A stretch of 64,000 nt of DNA from Bugula neritina (lineage: Eukaryota; Animalia; Bryozoa): contig OZ037767.1 of the NCBI GenBank assembly GCA_964035545.1, positions 11,232,581-11,296,580 of the forward strand. Direction: 5' to 3'. Below are positions 59,386 to 64,000 of the stretch, piece after piece (positions within the stretch are counted from its first letter, which is position 1; every line of letters begins with the position of its first letter). The notes beneath the pieces were generated by a model, which had not been told where the DNA came from, made no database searches, and was given only the letters and a program-made list of their open reading frames with translations. The position numbers and the translations under genes were made by a program.

Positions 59386-62300
59386 ATGATGGAAGGTGAT
59401 GAAACATTGGCAGCATCTGCTACTACTAAAGCAGTAGAAGAAGAAAGCTTAGCAGGTATGTTCTGCTGCATACTCTTTTATATCATCTCTAGTTTCTAAT
59501 AAATTCATTGTTGAGATGGATGTGGAAATTTTGTGTCCTTAGTTCTTACACGTAAGAATCATTTGCTTTTCAGCACTCAATATGGATGAAGCTATTCTCT
59601 CTCAACGTAGAGGCATAGAAGAACAGGTTAGTGAGTCATCTCTCTCCTGTTGTGTTTTGCTATTGCTCGAATTTATTGTATCGCAGTTCAAATCTTTAAA
59701 AGTATAGCTAAATTTTTTATAAAGTTATATTTGCTGTAAATTTTTCAGCTGGTAGTAAACCTTCCACTATTTAACAAAAAATGCTTAGGTTCATAAATCT
59801 TGCTCAGACTTGTCTTTGCTTAGTCAGAGTCATTTGAGAAGATAACTCTATACCATATACGGTCATGCTATATAATCAGCATGAATATGTAATTTTATGC
59901 TGGTTTCTACCTAATCAATTTAATGCAGTTTAACCCTAACGCTCATTTTTTCTATAGAAATTTACGTTAGTGATTTGTTTCACTTGTGTTTTGCAGCAAA
60001 ACACGCGTAAAGTTTCTCATTTCCAACGACTCAAAAATCATTCCAAATTTTGTAAAATTTTACTCCAGTAATTTGCTTACAGTAAATTTTGAATTGTTAC
60101 TGCATATGTCTAACAGTGTCAACTGCACACATAATAATTAAACCACTTTTAAAGACTAATGTGAACTTAAAGTTTATGAAACATTTACCCTATTCAATCT
60201 AAAAGTGGGCTGTACACTTGTAATTCTGATGGCCACTATAAACAAAAATAATTATTTGACTTTAAACAGAATTATTTTATTTAAACGTGGATTATTTATA
60301 AATCATTCCTTAACCTTCAGATTGCCAGCGAGCAGCAGTATCTTGTGAGTTCAACTAGAGAATTATCTGAATTAGAACAAGATTATCAGCACCATGGGGA
60401 GTTTTCAGCTAGAATTCAGGTGAGTGCTCTAGGTGTATTGAATAACATACATATACTAGTGATTGCCACTGTTGTCTCTGAGAATAGATGTAAGATGTTG
60501 GTGAAGTCATACAGCGTTAATCTGCAGGTAATAAATTCCTGGCACGCAACATGTTCTATTCTTTCTATGCATAGTATTTTTTGAAGTTTGATTATATTGT
60601 TTTCAGCTCTAATTCTTCATGTTTAAGCAGAGGTTATATTTCTAAACAAAACTGAAAGATAAATTGCTCTTTTTAACGTATATTTTTATTTTTCTCATTT
60701 AAATGTAAAATTAATCCTACCATAACTTAGTTTTCTCAAATCAGATATACTTGCAATTTACATTTAATTACCAAATTTGCTATCCAACATGTCATAATTT
60801 CGTATTTTTTGAAAAAAATTGAGTTCAACACTTCACTTCTCTAAAATAAAGCAATTTAGAATCTTGTTTTGTAGGAGCTCAAGCTAATATACGGGTGTCT
60901 CAGGAGAACTCGGGCAGACGGGAACTGTTTCTACAGAGCATTTGGTTTCTCCGTTTTTGAAGCTCTGCGGAAAGATAAAGCTGCATATCAAGCGTAAGTT
61001 TGTTTCTAAGTGATTCAGCATAGCCTCAAGTTCGTAGTATTTTCACATAGCCTTAGTGTCATAGTCCTTTGACATAGCCTTAGTGTTATAGTCCTTTGAG
61101 ATAGCCTTAGCATCATACTCTTTTAAGGTAGCTGGTTGCCTTTAACTTTACTCTAAATTATTGGTTTTGAGTTTTACCAACAGTATATCAAAGACTAACA
61201 TTTAATGCATTTAATATTTAATATATTTGATGCGGGGATTTGTTATCTTGCATTTGGTACCTTGCATCTAGTTTCTTGTTGAACATATTCGAAAAGCTGC
61301 CTGTGTGCTGTCTTTTGCATAAGTTTTAACTGTATATACAGAGTTCATTTCTCTATTTCATAATATAAGTTATAGTTATGTTAATTTTAGATTTATTTTA
61401 CAGGTTTAGGAAGTCCGTCACTGAAGCTAAAGAGTATTTGGTTATCATAGGATATCCCACGTTTACTTTAGAGGATTTTTATGAAAATGTAACTAACTTA
61501 TTCGTAGAAACAGAGAAGTAGTTAAATAGTTTTATACTTGTACTATATGTTCAGTGCGTACGGTGCATGTGGCCATATTGGCTGATTGTCTGGTATTCAA
61601 CCAATCATGTACTCACTAACAACACATCTCTGGTATAAAACTGAAATTCCTTAAATGGTATGACTACATTGTTGCTCCAACTAAACATTTTCCCTGGTGA
61701 TTTTAGGACTGGCTGTTTAAAGCATTCTTTTATTCCTTGTCTTATTGCTGCTCACTGGTACACTGGTAAAAGCCAGTCAAACATACAAACATATACACAC
61801 ACTCCACACACTCCACACCACACACACACACTACACACGCACGCACACACACACACACCACACACACACACGCACATGCCTAGTACACAAGTGAGATTGA
61901 CGCACTCCGGGTGATGAGGCGCTGACAGTTTTTTTCTCAATTCAGCTGAAGTTTTATCATATGAATATTGGATTTGTTATATTTAATAACTTATTTAGAA
62001 TAGTTTCACTGTTAGTGTGTTTCAATACTGACCAGTAGCCGTGTTTATTGACCAGTATTGACAGGTATTGACAAGTATTGACAAGTATTGACAGGTAGTC
62101 ATGCTCACCATGTTACTGCGTATATAGTTTATAGGGGAATTAGACAAGGTGTGTGATGGTGAAGGATGCCCCATCAGCGAATTAGAAGAATTGTTCAATG
62201 ACAAAGGAATGTCAAACTATCTGGTTGTATTTTTACGGTAAGTTGATAACTCCAAATAAAGTTTTCTAACTTGTAGATTTTACAGTGTGACAACAAAAAC

Positions 62301-63915
62301 TGGACTAACAAACAAACTCTCCATCATGAAAGTGTTTCTGCTCAGAAAATTGAATTAGTCCTGTGACATATGATGCTGATTTATTTTTTTATTTCAGCGT
62401 AAGCTAGACTAAAAGTAAGTTAATAAGTTATACTAAGAATAAGTCATTAGTGAAACCGCTATAATCCCTATAACCACTATAAAACATGTTAATGTCATAG
62501 CTAGAGTGTGATAAAGTGCCATTGTGATATTGTAACACTCTGTTTTATTTGGCTTACATATGTTGTAGGTTGATTACATCATCGCAGCTTCAAAAAGAAC
62601 AAGATTTCTTTATTAACTTTATTGATGGTTACAGCACAGTAAAAGAGTTCTGCACACAAGTAAGACTGAAGTTGTAGTAAAATAATTTCCTTGTCATCTT
62701 GTAGTGCTATACAATATGAATAGTTGTTTTCTCTCCAAAAACTATACTTTTTACGAGAAGTTGTTTTTATAAAAGAAACCCATAATTGTTCGATATGACG
62801 GTGTCTGTGTCACTGGTTTTGTATATCTGTATTATCAGACTTCTACTGCATGTCTCAGAATCAAGCTATGGCATGTATAGCCAGTGGTTACACAAGTAAC
62901 CACTGGCTATACATGTATATTGCTAGATCAGCACTTGGACAGATAACTCTTAAATTACGTTTTTGCTGCTTCTCAAATAAATTTTATTTTGCTGTTTTTC
63001 TCTGTGTTGTAATATAAAAAGAGTAAAGTATTGCCGGTAGCTACCGTAACTGTAGAAACCTTGGTAGAACATTGACTGGGTGTTGGGAAAGATGCTAGTA
63101 TGTATTCTAAGCCTTGGATATCGAGCTTAGTTTTCCCCATTCTTTTCCAGTTAATGTGGAACTAATATGTCTTCTAGTCATCTGTGTAGAATTGGCACGT
63201 GTCTTTTCAATTGATCATTAGTGGTGAACATGGGTGAACGTTGTCATTCAGAAATTGGCGTAAATACTTTAATTTGAAACTAATTTAGCAAACTTAGTTT
63301 ATCAAGTTCAAGGGTTGGATAAGTTAAAACGTGTTTTATAGAATCAAGCATAATTATTAGGTCATTTGTTCAAACTTCTATAGTAATTATCCGGTGGTCT
63401 GGGGGGTTTTCAAACACTAGCAACAAATTTATTTTTTGGTGATTGTCTTTTTTTAAAAAACAAAACAGTTTCTCTTTCTTAAAGAAGTTTAAAGCGCCGG
63501 CTCTCCCGAAAGAAAGTGCATTTAACATGTACACAAAGCTACACAAAACTTGTTCAATTTCACCAATTCCCAATAAATTTCTTTGGTCATCAGTCTAGTA
63601 CCAATTATTGCTTATCTTGCTGCTTTTCAACATTTATTATTATATTCAGCTCTTTCCGCTCAACATGACATCAGATTTCTATTTTTGTAACAGGAGATTG
63701 AGCCAATGGACAAAGAAAGTGACCACGTGCAGATGAATGCCTTGACATCTGCTACTGGCATCTGCATGAGAGTATTCTGTATGGAGAGAGGTCAATATTC
63801 CACTGTGACATTCCCCAGTGATGGTAAACCTATCGTACATCTTTTGTACCGACCTGGACACTTCGACATCCTATATCCGTCTGCACATGCAACTGCTGAC
63901 CCACCTACTTCATAA
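59386..63915 (+). CDS. OTUB1: Ubiquitin thioesterase otubain (OTUB1-like), 282 aa; exons 59386-59455, 59574-59626, 60321-60419, 60875-60993, 61404-61488, 62128-62237, 62569-62659, 63694-63915
   Basis: DEAILSQ..IEEQIA; catalytic RRTRADGNCFYRAFGFS; FTLEDF; FND..SNYLVVFLRLITS; TVKEFCTQEIEPMDKESDH; LLYRPGHFDILY. Confidence 0.95.
62872..62915. repeat. Perfect 20-bp-arm hairpin in OTUB1 intron 7
   Basis: catgtatagccagtggttac-acaa-gtaaccactggctatacatg. Confidence 0.88.
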
Positions 63916-63999
63916 TCTAGTGGCCCGCCTACTTCGTAATCTATTGGCCCGCCCACTCTGTAATCTAATGTACTGCTCACCCTGTAATCTAATGTACCG
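63898..63999. repeat. 24-bp degenerate tandem repeat spanning the OTUB1 stop codon
   Basis: g(a/g)ccc(a/g)cctacttc(a/g)taatcta.t units, running to the window end. Confidence 0.75.
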
Positions 64000-64000
64000 C

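Noticed and set aside
59386-63915. Functional link between OTUB1 and the Polinton (some pPolBs carry OTU domains)
   Set aside because: This is an ordinary multi-exon host otubain 34 kb outside the TIR.

Overview
AT-rich eukaryotic (metazoan, invertebrate-like) genomic DNA with spliceosomal genes. Host genes reconstructed exon by exon: an unknown 216-aa two-coding-exon gene (+), a steroid 5-alpha-reductase (SRD5A1/2-like, -), VTI1B (+), glutathione synthetase GSS (-) and otubain OTUB1 (+). The last four form two head-to-head pairs. The main accessory feature is an 18.7-kb decayed Polinton/Maverick (adintovirus-like) element at 6820-25504, with ~400-bp AGTAGT-terminated TIRs and an exact 6-bp TSD (AATAAC). 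It keeps an integrase, two conserved small ORFs, a putative secreted cargo gene and a protein-primed DNA polymerase B. That polymerase is interrupted by two in-phase GT-AG introns and carries a Vsr-like nuclease insertion. No capsid, ATPase or protease gene is recognisable. Three Gypsy elements and a CR1/L2 fragment are nested in it. SRD5A intron 2 holds a sense-strand minimal type I hammerhead ribozyme inside a 272-nt retrozyme/Penelope-like unit. Also present: AcademX-like, mariner, Kolobok-like and other MITEs, a tRNA-derived SINE, splice-site-abutting minisatellites, long microsatellites and several near-perfect palindromes. All calls were made by eye, with no database searches.
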